DNA of 64,000 bases from Alkalispirochaeta sp. (GTDB taxonomy: Bacteria; Spirochaetota; Spirochaetia; DSM-27196; Alkalispirochaetaceae): assembly GCA_965242725.1 (NCBI GenBank), contig CBDESZ010000034.1, positions 43,195 to 107,194 of the forward strand. Direction: 5' to 3'. The position numbers were made by a program, and so were the translations under genes. The notes beneath the pieces are model-generated. The model was not told where the DNA came from. It did no database searches and saw only the letters and a program-made list of their open reading frames with translations. This document shows, piece by piece, positions 20,840-30,470 of this stretch; the first letter of the stretch is position 1, and the number at the start of each line of letters is the position of its first letter.

Positions 20840-21570
20840 AGACCAGGGGTAGCTACCGTGTACCGGTTGTCGTCTCCGTTGTCCTGGTACTGTTATTCGC
20901 CGGGGCACTCGCATCAGTTTCCGCACAGGCGGTGGGAGGCGGAATCTCCGTTTTTGTCCCGACCGATATGTTCCAAGGCAAGACGGGAAGCATCTCCTTT
21001 GAAACATCAATGGAAACCGCCCTCGGGCTGGGGGACTACCTGAGTATTCCCGTCGGCGTGGCGTATAACCAGGTCTACGGCTCCGCAGGTACGGGAGAGC
21101 TGGACAACGGTGAGAAAGTACACCCATCGGGACCGTGGTTTTATTCCGACAGTCTTCTCACCTACCTTCTTGCCCAGGTCCACATACCTGTCGGACCGGT
21201 CTACATGGACATCTTCGGCGGAGGCGCAGCCAACTGGAACATTTCCCTCCGGCCTCTCTCGGACCGGATCGCCAGGGATCTGCAGGACGCAGGCGCATTT
21301 GACGCCACAACGTCCGGAACAGTTGCCGTCACCGATCTCAACCTTGAGAGCGGCCTCGGATACGGGTGGGTCGCGGGTGCCTCTCTCGGGGTCCGCATCG
21401 ATATGATCAGCATCGGCGTGACCGCGGCGTATCGCCACGTGCTCCACGACCTGGAAATCTCCGGTACCTATTTTCGCCCCAATGAGGCGGAGGGCGACTT
21501 TACCATCGATGAGCTGCAGGTGCTGATGAGCGGAGTGTCCATCGGCATAAACGGAAGTATAGAGCTTTAG
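20836..21570 (+). CDS. Exported hypothetical protein, possibly an outer-membrane beta-barrel
   Basis: Signal peptide (..SVSAQ); alternating beta-strand pattern; ATGA coupling to the mscS-family gene. Confidence 0.6.
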   Translation: MKTRGSYRVPVVVSVVLVLLFAGALASVSAQAVGGGISVFVPTDMFQGKTGSISFETSMETALGLGDYLSIPVGVAYNQVYGSAGTGELDNGEKVHPSGPWFYSDSLLTYLLAQVHIPVGPVYMDIFGGGAANWNISLRPLSDRIARDLQDAGAFDATTSGTVAVTDLNLESGLGYGWVAGASLGVRIDMISIGVTAAYRHVLHDLEISGTYFRPNEAEGDFTIDELQVLMSGVSIGINGSIEL

Positions 21571-21592
21571 GTTTGCAGGTTATCGAGGGCTG

Positions 21593-22666
21593 ATGCCGTC
21601 CCAGATTACACACGCCATTTGTGCTGAAGACAGTCTGCCAAGGTCGCACCGGTCAATTCTCGATGACCCCGTCCTTCACGGATGGCTCGCCTTCGGGGCA
21701 CAAGGCCCGGACATCTTTTACCACAATCAGCGGCGTACTCCCCGGAGTATTCAGTACGGAACGCTTCTCCACCGTCACGGATACGGATATGTCACCGCCG
21801 CGATGGTTTCCTCCGCGCGGAAGCGCGGAGAGGGAACCGACGGCCCGACGGCGGCGTACATAGCCGGTTTTGTGGGACACGCCATTCTGGACCGGGTGCT
21901 CCATCCCTATATCAACTATCGTGCGGGCCGTCCCGTTTCCGGCCGACCGGAAACGGAAGCCCTGCGTTCAATGCACCCCTTTTTGGAGCGTCTCATTGAC
22001 GTCGCACTGCTGTTGCAACTGCGGGGAATCCATCCCCGGGAGTTCGACTTTTACGGGAAGATCGCGCCTCTTGAAGACACGTCCCGGGAGGCGTGGGTAA
22101 CCTTCATGGGCGAGGCGCTCCTTGACGGCGTTTCCCGTGCCGCGTCGGACGACCGGCTCGTGGAACGGCTGCACAACGCGTGGGCCGACGCCTTCGGGTA
22201 TTACCGGTTTACCGAGCGTGTCGACGAGGTCTACATGGAAGAGGTCCTCGCCCGCGAAGGGGACGGGAAGGTACCGCTCCACTGGCTTACCATCGTTCAT
22301 CCTCCCAACGTTCCCGATGATCTGGATGTATTGAATCTGGATCACCACATCTGGACCCACCCCTGCTCGTCCAAACGGACATCCCGGGAGAGCGTCGTCG
22401 ATATGTACCGGCGCGCCGCGGAAGAGACTCGAAACGTGATCACCCGTATCTTTGACCATTGGAATGACGCCGATCCGGATCAGCCCGACGAGACTGTCGT
22501 TTCCCTCGTTGGGGATTTCAACTTGAGCGACGGACGCCCCCGCAGGCGCCCCTGCAGGCCGCGGCACATGGATCCCCTTCCCCTTCCCCGGCTCCGGGAC
22601 GCCATTATCGCCTCCGTCCGTGCCGGCAGGGGAGGAGTCGTACACACACTGTCGGACCTGCTATAA
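21593..22666 (+). CDS. Zinc-dependent phospholipase C family protein
   Basis: MPSQITH, GAQGPDIFY, LH, GFVGHAILDRVLHPYI, H..LE..ID. Confidence 0.8.
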   Translation: MPSQITHAICAEDSLPRSHRSILDDPVLHGWLAFGAQGPDIFYHNQRRTPRSIQYGTLLHRHGYGYVTAAMVSSARKRGEGTDGPTAAYIAGFVGHAILDRVLHPYINYRAGRPVSGRPETEALRSMHPFLERLIDVALLLQLRGIHPREFDFYGKIAPLEDTSREAWVTFMGEALLDGVSRAASDDRLVERLHNAWADAFGYYRFTERVDEVYMEEVLAREGDGKVPLHWLTIVHPPNVPDDLDVLNLDHHIWTHPCSSKRTSRESVVDMYRRAAEETRNVITRIFDHWNDADPDQPDETVVSLVGDFNLSDGRPRRRPCRPRHMDPLPLPRLRDAIIASVRAGRGGVVHTLSDLL

Positions 22667-22673
22667 TCGGTCG

Positions 22674-23688
22674 ATGCTGTTTCCCGTCAGTGCCGTCGTC
22701 GTCGGTCTGATTCTTCTCGTTTTCAGCGCGGACCACTTTGTCACCGCCTCCGCCGCCCTGGCGCGCCGCCTGGGAATGTCCGCCCTGCTGGTCGGTATGA
22801 TCATCGTCGGATTCGGAACCTCCGCCCCGGAGTTGCTTGTTTCCGCAATGTCTACCCTTCAGGGTGCCTACGGCATCGCCGTAGGCAACGCCTGGGGCTC
22901 CAACATCGCCAATATCGCGCTCATCCTTGGAGTAACTGCCGTAATCTCCCCGATCGCCGTACACTCCCGGGTGATCCGCAGGGAGCTGCCTATCCTCTTT
23001 GTCGTCACCGTGCTTGCCGCTATTCAGGCCTACGACAGCCGCATCGCCCGGTGGGAGGGAGTGGCACTTCTCTTCGTATTTCTCGGTATCCTCGGATGGT
23101 CGATCCGTGAAAACAGGCGGTCAGGGGACGATCCGTTCGCCGCGGAGGTGGAGTTGCTGGTAAACGCCGGGGGAGTCTCGGCACCGCCCGACTCCCCGGG
23201 CACAGGTATGGGCGCCCAATCGTCAACCACGACGACAATTCTCCGGATTATCGTTTCACTCGCGATCCTGGTCGGCGCCTCGCGCCTTCTCGTGTGGGGA
23301 GCGGTTGAAATTGCCCGGGCGATGGGGATCAGCGACCTCATCATCGGCCTCACGGTCATCGCCGTCGGGACATCCCTTCCCGAGCTCGCCTCGTCCATCG
23401 CTGCGGCACGGAAGGGGAGAAAACGATATCGCCCTCGGAAACATCATCGGTTCCAACCTCTTCAATACAACCGTCGTCGTCGGGATTTCCGCCGTTATTA
23501 CGCCGCTCACCTTTGAGCGCGTCGCCCTTGTACGCGACATCCCGCTGATGGTGGTATTGACGGTCGCCCTCTTTGTCGTCGCCGTCGGTATCCGGGGACG
23601 GGCAGGGAGGATCAACCGCCTGGAAGGGGCGCTACTGGTCACGGGATGGGTGACCTATACTGCCTTTCTGGCACTCCAGTCGCTGTAG
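22674..23688 (+). pseudogene. Calcium/sodium antiporter (YrbG/CaCA) with one extra G at 23414-23417
   Basis: Alpha repeats GTSAPE/GSNIAN and GTSLPE; the continuation GENDIALGNIIGSN is in the next frame. Confidence 0.85.
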
Positions 23689-23712
23689 GGCCGCTCCCGG
23701 AGGGATACGCCG

Positions 23713-25041
23713 TTACGCCCCATGTCCACGGTTCCGTCGGAGGAGGAGCCCGCCGACGGCAATCACCGCCGTTATGACGAGAAAATGGACGAACATATCT
23801 TTCTGAATTGCTCCCCAGATGATGTACAACGATCCCGCCCCCGCGAAAAGAGGAGAAACGTACCGGCCGAGGATTCCTCCTTCCCGGTAGGTTTTTATGA
23901 CCCAGTAGTATATGGCGATATAGATGACGTAGAGAAAGGCGATTGGGAGTTCCGAAATATCCATAAATCCACCCCACCAGCCGTTGAAGTTTCCATACCA
24001 CACCACGAGCCACAACGACGACAACAGGAAACCCAGCACCGCGGAGTTGCGGGTGCTGTTTGTCCGTTCGTCGACGACACGGAACATCGCAGCACCGGGC
24101 CCCATGTTGCGGCTGGCAATGGCATACATTCCCCGTGCGGACCCCATCACCAGCCCGTTCAGCGTTCCCAGGCAGGAGATCACCACGAAGACCGTCAGGA
24201 TCGTTCCGCCGAATCTCCCGAATACGATTGAAAGTACCTCAACCGGCGCCGCATCCCCGGCGCGGATCACCTCGGCGTTGGAAAGAACCCCGGCGATACC
24301 GAGATAGTAGGTCATGTATACGATCACCACGACGAGAGTCCCCACAACAAGGGCGCGGGGCAGCGTGCGTTTCGCATCCCGGAGCTCCGCGTTGATCGAT
24401 GTGGCGATGATCCACCCTTCATAGGCGAACGCCGTCGCCAGCGTTGCAACGGCCAATCCGCCGCCCTGGGCAACACCCTCGGCGGCGTGCGCAAAACTTT
24501 CCACGGTCTGGCCGTTTATCAGCCCGGCAACGAGTCCCACCGCCGCAACAAAGGCGAGGGGAATGAGCTTGATAACCGTAGCCGATACCTGCCACTTCCC
24601 CGCAAGGACGGGAGAAAAGATATTGAGGAGAAAAAAGAGGAGGAGATAGGCAAAGGAAATCGCCCACAACCCGCTTTCCAGGCCGAACAATCCGACTGTG
24701 TAATTGGCGGAAACCCAGGAAAGCACGGCAACCAGCGTCGGATAGTAGACGATGGTCATGAACCATGCGACGTGGTACGCCGCCTTCTCACCGTATGCCG
24801 CCTCAAAATAGTCGACGACTCCGTTCACCCGCTCGACACGGGTTGCAATGCGGGAGAATACGTAGGCCGTGACAATCATGATGGCTCCGCCGATTATCCA
24901 TGCAACCATTGCGACGGGAAGGCGCCCCCCCGAAGCAACGAGCACATCGTCGGCCTTGAAGAAAACCCCCGACCCGATGACGATACCGACCACCATCGCC
25001 GTCGCGGTCCAGAATCCATATTTCTTTTGCAGATCTTCCAC
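23713..25041 (-). CDS. APC-family amino acid permease
   Basis: VVGIVIGSGVFF, FAYEGW, about 12 TM helices; AAAGGAG RBS before the GTG. Confidence 0.92.
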   Translation of the reverse strand: MEDLQKKYGFWTATAMVVGIVIGSGVFFKADDVLVASGGRLPVAMVAWIIGGAIMIVTAYVFSRIATRVERVNGVVDYFEAAYGEKAAYHVAWFMTIVYYPTLVAVLSWVSANYTVGLFGLESGLWAISFAYLLLFFLLNIFSPVLAGKWQVSATVIKLIPLAFVAAVGLVAGLINGQTVESFAHAAEGVAQGGGLAVATLATAFAYEGWIIATSINAELRDAKRTLPRALVVGTLVVVIVYMTYYLGIAGVLSNAEVIRAGDAAPVEVLSIVFGRFGGTILTVFVVISCLGTLNGLVMGSARGMYAIASRNMGPGAAMFRVVDERTNSTRNSAVLGFLLSSLWLVVWYGNFNGWWGGFMDISELPIAFLYVIYIAIYYWVIKTYREGGILGRYVSPLFAGAGSLYIIWGAIQKDMFVHFLVITAVIAVGGLLLRRNRGHGA

Positions 25042-25167
25042 GATGCTGTACTCCTTTGAAGATAAACCCGCCGATTCGGGGCGGGGCAGACGATACCACG
25101 GATCGGAGGGAAACGCCAGAATCGTTGGCTGGACGCCCCGGTTCCCGGCGCGCTATTGTTATAGGTG

Positions 25168-26298
25168 ATGCGACTCCCCGAGCTCGATTCCGCGGACATT
25201 CCCTATCGCTTTCTCGGCACGACGGCGCTCGACCGTTTTGTCGGCCTGCCGGCGAGTCCGATACTCTTTGCGGAAGCGGAAACGGACATGGTCAGACTGG
25301 CGACACTCTTTGATCAACCGTCCTTTCCGGGATTGCCGGCGTGGGACTTGCTCGTTCGGTCGGGCGGCCGCGATGTCTTTCTCAGGGGGGATGACGGTTT
25401 TCCCGGCCATTTCAACCCTCTCATGACCTTTTCCTGGGACCCCGTCCGTCGCGCCTTTCAGGACCCTCACGGTCTCTACCCGCTGCTCAAGGATCTGCGT
25501 TCTCACCTCCGGAGCGGTGTCGATCCGCGGGTCGATCCTGTTCACATGGAAGAGTACAAGGATATCCACGACGCCGTCGGACCGCTCGATGCGACCACCG
25601 CCGCGATTATCGCCTCGCGACTGCCGGTATCGATCCCGCGCCGGCACATCCGTCCCTGGGTGAAGAACAGCGCATTCCCGCCCCTCTACTACCGAAACAT
25701 TCTTGTGGAAATTGTAGGTGGACCGTGGCCCGACAGAGGCCTTGAAATCCTCCGGACTTCCGGCTTTCTCGCGGACATCCTTCCCGAGCTCGACGCCCTC
25801 ACCGGTGTGGACCACAGTAAAGAGGGGCATCCCGAAGGAAACGGCTGGCGTCACACCATCGAGACCTTCCGGTACCGAAAGAGCCGTGATATCACCGTCG
25901 GTCTCGCCCTTCTCCTCCACGACTGCGGCAAACCGTTTTCACTTTCCAACGGTGAACGACGATTTGACGGGCATGCGGACATCGGATCCCGACGGGCAAC
26001 GGAAATGCTCCGTCGTCTCGAATTTTCTACCGAAACGATCGAAACGGTACGCTGGCTCGTCAGATTCCACATGATACCCGGTGCACTTCATCGCCTGCCG
26101 GACCACAGGCGTGATCCGATCATGCGTTCTCCCCTCTTTCCGTTGTTGCTGGAGGTGTATCGGTGCGATTTGAGCTCAACCTTTCGCGGTCCGGAAAACT
26201 ACTATCGGGCGTGCACAATTTACCGCCGCTTTCTGAAGTCCCGCCGGCGGGAAGCCGTCATACCGTCCAGGGAAATGATGGCCATGTATATCGAGTGA
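25168..26298 (+). CDS. HD-domain protein related to CCA-adding enzymes, nucleotidyltransferase head degenerate
   Basis: ILPEL..HPEGNGWRHT..LLHDCGKP..GHA..RFHM..CD; no DxD motif in the N-terminus. Confidence 0.75.
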   Translation: MRLPELDSADIPYRFLGTTALDRFVGLPASPILFAEAETDMVRLATLFDQPSFPGLPAWDLLVRSGGRDVFLRGDDGFPGHFNPLMTFSWDPVRRAFQDPHGLYPLLKDLRSHLRSGVDPRVDPVHMEEYKDIHDAVGPLDATTAAIIASRLPVSIPRRHIRPWVKNSAFPPLYYRNILVEIVGGPWPDRGLEILRTSGFLADILPELDALTGVDHSKEGHPEGNGWRHTIETFRYRKSRDITVGLALLLHDCGKPFSLSNGERRFDGHADIGSRRATEMLRRLEFSTETIETVRWLVRFHMIPGALHRLPDHRRDPIMRSPLFPLLLEVYRCDLSSTFRGPENYYRACTIYRRFLKSRRREAVIPSREMMAMYIE

Positions 26299-26314
26299 AT
26301 CTGCCTCTCCGCAC

Positions 26315-27634
26315 TCAGTGCACGAAGCGTTCCATCAGCACTGTCCGCAGACTTTCAACGGTATTGTCAATGATCACCGATTCTTTCCTGAGCTGTAGCA
26401 GCCGTGCAAGGCGCTCCGGAATCTCCGGTTCACTTCCCGTGGCGCGTCGGCAGACCTCGACGAATTTTCCGGGATGGGCGGTCGCAAGGGTTACGATAGT
26501 CGTATCGCTCCCCGGTTCCACGGCGAGACGCTGCCGGGCGGCATAGACGCCCGTTGCCGTATGGGGACAGACAAACTCCCCGGTATCCTCGTATACCTCT
26601 TTCATGACGCGGTAAATTGTGGCGTCGTCTGCGACGACACCCGATAATACGCCGGAAATATCGAGGACACCGCCGGAAAAAATCGCCCGGAGCCGCTCAA
26701 AGTTGCTTGGATCACCGACATCCATGGCGTTCGCTGGTGTGGCGATGGAAGGGCGCGGAGCGTACACGCCCGTCTCGAGATACTCCGGAATGACGTCATT
26801 GGCGTTGGTTGCGGCGATAAAATCAGCCACAGGCATTCCCCACCGCCATGCAAGAACCCCTGCGGTCAGATTTCCAAAGTTACCGCTGGGGACGCAGAAG
26901 ACGAGTTCATCCTGAATCCGCTCCTTCAGCTGGGCAAAGGCCCACAGGTAATAGAAGCTCTGGGGGATGAGACGCCCCACATTGATGCTGTTGGCCGAGG
27001 TGAGGCGCAGGTTTTCCCGGAGAAGGGGATCCACAAACGCCTCCTTGACCATGCGCTGGCAGTCGTCAAAGTTCCCCTGAACTTCCAGGGCGGTCACATT
27101 CCCCCCCAGCGTCGTCAGCTGCTGCTCCTGCAGGGGGCTGACCCTTCCCGAGGGATAGAGGATCACCACATCGATATTTTCCCTTCCGTGAAATGCGTGG
27201 GCGACGGCGCTTCCCGTATCTCCGCTGGTCGCGGTAAGGATGACCGCCCGGTCGTTTTTCCGTGCCAGTTCCCGTTCCATGACGGCGGCCAGAAAGGAAG
27301 CGCCGAAATCCTTGAACGCACAGGACGGACCGTGGAAGAGTTCAAGCAGCACGATACCCGGCTGGAGTCGGGAAAGGCGCGGTTCAAAGGGAAAGGCGTC
27401 AAGAGCAAGCTTCCGGGCGGCGGCAGCGTCATATCTCTCGGGAAAAAGGGCCTGTATCATCGCACCCGCAACATCGACAAATGTCGCATCCGCGCCGATG
27501 CTTCGAATCAGCGCCCGTAAATCCGGTTCCGTCGCCGGATGGAACAGACCACCGTCAGGTGCGAGCCCCTGGAGGACGGCTTCCCCGAAGGACACATGGT
27601 CGCCTCCCGGATTTCTCGTGCTAATGAAATTCAT
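26315..27634 (-). CDS. thrC: Threonine synthase
   Basis: GLAPDGGL, ELFHGPSCAFKDFG, ATSGDTG, SANSIN, VPSGNFGN, TAHPGKF. Confidence 0.95.
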   Translation of the reverse strand: MNFISTRNPGGDHVSFGEAVLQGLAPDGGLFHPATEPDLRALIRSIGADATFVDVAGAMIQALFPERYDAAAARKLALDAFPFEPRLSRLQPGIVLLELFHGPSCAFKDFGASFLAAVMERELARKNDRAVILTATSGDTGSAVAHAFHGRENIDVVILYPSGRVSPLQEQQLTTLGGNVTALEVQGNFDDCQRMVKEAFVDPLLRENLRLTSANSINVGRLIPQSFYYLWAFAQLKERIQDELVFCVPSGNFGNLTAGVLAWRWGMPVADFIAATNANDVIPEYLETGVYAPRPSIATPANAMDVGDPSNFERLRAIFSGGVLDISGVLSGVVADDATIYRVMKEVYEDTGEFVCPHTATGVYAARQRLAVEPGSDTTIVTLATAHPGKFVEVCRRATGSEPEIPERLARLLQLRKESVIIDNTVESLRTVLMERFVH

Positions 27635-27703
27635 CGATCCTCTCCCCTTTTCGTTGAATTACCGTTGTGTTCCACTGTAACCAGACGGTACCATACGCGC
27701 AAC

Positions 27704-28765
27704 ATGGGCAAAAAATGGGCGTATGTCGTATGTGCGCTGTACATTGTTTCTACCGGATGTGTGACGCAGTTGCAACCGCCGATTCAGAAATCCGTCTCGC
27801 CGACCGGGGATGTTCACCGGGAGACGTCCGTTCCTGAAGAGGGGGAGGCGGCGGTACCGGAAGAGGAAACAGCGCCGACCCTCGTCGATTACACCCCTGA
27901 AGAGCTGCAATCGTATATAGAAGGCGATCTCACGTCAGGCTATCGGGTCGTGACGTTTGAGGGAGATCGTCTCGTTCAGATTTCGTCGCCCCCCGGCATG
28001 GAACGGAAAGCACTCATCGCAATTGTTTCAAACGACCGGCAGCTCGCCCTGTATCGGGATTCCCTCACCACTTCGGGCCGTTCCGAAGGCGCACAATCGA
28101 TAGAACCGCTGGCCCTGCAGGTCTCGGTGCTGTCCGCCGACAGCCTGCAAATTGATGGTCGTCGCGGTGACAACTGCCCCAACGGGTTTCACCTCACCGT
28201 CTTTGCGTCCGACCGTGAGGAGGAACTCTTTGTGGTTGTGACCGCCGCGGGAAGTTACGCCGTCAGGACACCCTTTTCAGCGGTGAATCAGACGGTAGTC
28301 CGCGATCTGAACGACGACGGTCTCCGTGAGCTGGTCCAGTATTCCCGCGTATTCGAGGCGGGCGGTCGCAGGGAATTGATCGTCGATGCCTTTGAATGGG
28401 ACGGCAGCGGTTTCATCCATACCGGATCGCTGCCACTCCTTCGCCGCGTCAACTCGCGGCTCAAGGCGCTGAAAGAGCAGCTGGAAGCGGCCGAAGAGGG
28501 AGAAAATCGCTTTGATGCGGCGCTGAAAAGTTATGAGGACGAACGAAAACCTTCAGATTTCTTTCCCGTTTCGAGTGTGAGAGTACCGGAGCTCATGGAG
28601 GTACCCGGCGATCTGGGACGCAGTCACTGGCAACTTGAACACGATATCGCCGTCCTCGGCGGAGATGGTGTGCCCGTTATTTACCGGGTCACCATAGATA
28701 TCCGGGCAAATCCCTTTGCGGCGTTTCCCGTCCGGATCGCACAGCTTGACGACCAGGGAGAATAG
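27704..28765 (+). CDS. Hypothetical lipoprotein
   Basis: MGKKW..VSTGC lipobox-like signal; one DLNDDGLRE (DxDxDG-like) loop; 3 nt from murA. Confidence 0.65.
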   Translation: MGKKWAYVVCALYIVSTGCVTQLQPPIQKSVSPTGDVHRETSVPEEGEAAVPEEETAPTLVDYTPEELQSYIEGDLTSGYRVVTFEGDRLVQISSPPGMERKALIAIVSNDRQLALYRDSLTTSGRSEGAQSIEPLALQVSVLSADSLQIDGRRGDNCPNGFHLTVFASDREEELFVVVTAAGSYAVRTPFSAVNQTVVRDLNDDGLRELVQYSRVFEAGGRRELIVDAFEWDGSGFIHTGSLPLLRRVNSRLKALKEQLEAAEEGENRFDAALKSYEDERKPSDFFPVSSVRVPELMEVPGDLGRSHWQLEHDIAVLGGDGVPVIYRVTIDIRANPFAAFPVRIAQLDDQGE

Positions 28766-28768
28766 CAG

Positions 28769-30055
28769 ATGTACAAATACGTCATAGACGGTGGCCATCC
28801 GATAAAGGGAACGATACAAGCATCGGGAAACAAGAACGCGGCGCTCCCCTGTATCGCGGCCACGCTCCTTACGGAGGAACCGGTCACGCTGTCCAACGTA
28901 CCCGATATCGAAGACGTCCACGTCATGGCGGAAATCCTCTCGAGTCTTGGAGTAACGGCGCGGCAAGAGAAGCCCAATACATGGCATTTCGACGCATCCA
29001 CCCTGCGTACATCGGAGATTACACCGGAAATGGCGCAGAAAATCCGTGCCTCCATTCTCTTTGCGGGCCCCCTTCTTGCGCGTACCGGTTCGGTGATCCT
29101 TCCGCCGCCGGGGGGTGACGTGATCGGACGACGGCGGCTGGATACTCATTTTCTCGCGCTGGAGGGACTGGGAGCGGAGGTTCGTCACAACGGCACATTT
29201 ATGCTGAACGCCCGGGAACTGCGGGGAGACGAGCTCTTCCTGGACGAAGCGTCGGTAACCGCCACGGAAAATGCAGTCATGGCCGCCGCCCTCGCCCGGG
29301 GCAGTACGGTGATAGAGAACGCCGCGAGTGAACCTCACGTCCAGGACCTGTGTCGCATGTTGAATCAAATGGGTGCCAAAATCACGGGAATCGGATCCAA
29401 CATCCTCAGGATCGAGGGGGTTTCCCGACTGGAGGGCACGGAGTTTGAACTGGGTGCAGATTTTATGGAAGTCGGCAGTTTTATCGGGCTGGCTGCCGTA
29501 ACCCGGGGAGATCTTACAATTCAGCGGGCGGGGGTACGAAACCTCAAAATGACGCGAATAGCCTTCAACCGCCTCGGTATACACTGGGATACCGACGGCG
29601 ATACGATCCACGTACCATCCCAGCAGCGACTACAGGTTGAGCCCGACCTGGGGGGTATGGTTCCGAAAATTGACGACAGCCCGTGGCCCGGTTTTCCCGC
29701 CGATCTGACGAGTATCATGACCGTCGTCGCAACGCAGGTGGAAGGTACGATTCTCATCCATGAAAAGATGTTCGAATCGCGAATGTTTTTTGTCGACAAA
29801 CTGATCGGGATGGGCGCGCGCATCGTCCTCTGCGATCCCCACCGTGCGGTGGTGAGCGGTCCGTCCCGCCTGAGCGGCTCTCCGCTGACCTCGCCCGATG
29901 TCCGGGCGGGTATGGCCATGGTCATTGCCGCCCTATGTGCGGAAGGTCGCAGCGTCATACACAACGTCTACCAAATAGAACGGGGATATGAGCATTTGAC
30001 GCGTCGATTACGGTCCCTGGGGGCACAGATCCAGCGGGTTACCGTTTCTGAGTGA
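28769..30055 (+). CDS. murA: UDP-N-acetylglucosamine 1-carboxyvinyltransferase
   Basis: [39 protein letters not shown]. Confidence 0.96.
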   Translation: MYKYVIDGGHPIKGTIQASGNKNAALPCIAATLLTEEPVTLSNVPDIEDVHVMAEILSSLGVTARQEKPNTWHFDASTLRTSEITPEMAQKIRASILFAGPLLARTGSVILPPPGGDVIGRRRLDTHFLALEGLGAEVRHNGTFMLNARELRGDELFLDEASVTATENAVMAAALARGSTVIENAASEPHVQDLCRMLNQMGAKITGIGSNILRIEGVSRLEGTEFELGADFMEVGSFIGLAAVTRGDLTIQRAGVRNLKMTRIAFNRLGIHWDTDGDTIHVPSQQRLQVEPDLGGMVPKIDDSPWPGFPADLTSIMTVVATQVEGTILIHEKMFESRMFFVDKLIGMGARIVLCDPHRAVVSGPSRLSGSPLTSPDVRAGMAMVIAALCAEGRSVIHNVYQIERGYEHLTRRLRSLGAQIQRVTVSE

Positions 30056-30470
30056 TTCCCCGCTCCTGATCGGCGAGTTGTGCGTTCAACGTGTCGTAGG
30101 CGTCTTTTATGCGGATAAAGGCCCGTTCTAGCTCCGCGCGCTGATGGTCGTCCAGGGCAAGGCTGGTATCGGGATGCAGATTGGTCGCCAGACGGCGGTA
30201 CACCCGTTTCAGTTCACTTCGGTTGACCGACGGTGCGACGCCCAGGATTCGACAGGAGAGGGGATCCAGAACGGCAGTTCCCCCGCTTCGGCTTTCCGCC
30301 GTGTTTCCCGATTCTCCTGATCGACGGGCGATGCGAAACTGGTCGACCAGCGAGCCCACAAGAAACCCGAAGAGCACTCCGCCTATTCCGGCGGGAATGC
30401 CTATGACGATTCCCAGGATTCTGCCGATGTGGCGTGTTCCGATCGTGGGAAACGGGAAGCGTACCTTCAT
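30039..30470 (-). CDS. Membrane-anchored J-domain protein (short DjlA-like)
   Basis: N-terminal Gly-rich TM segment; [31 protein letters not shown] overlap with the upstream gene. Confidence 0.82.
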   Translation of the reverse strand: MKVRFPFPTIGTRHIGRILGIVIGIPAGIGGVLFGFLVGSLVDQFRIARRSGESGNTAESRSGGTAVLDPLSCRILGVAPSVNRSELKRVYRRLATNLHPDTSLALDDHQRAELERAFIRIKDAYDTLNAQLADQERGITQKR

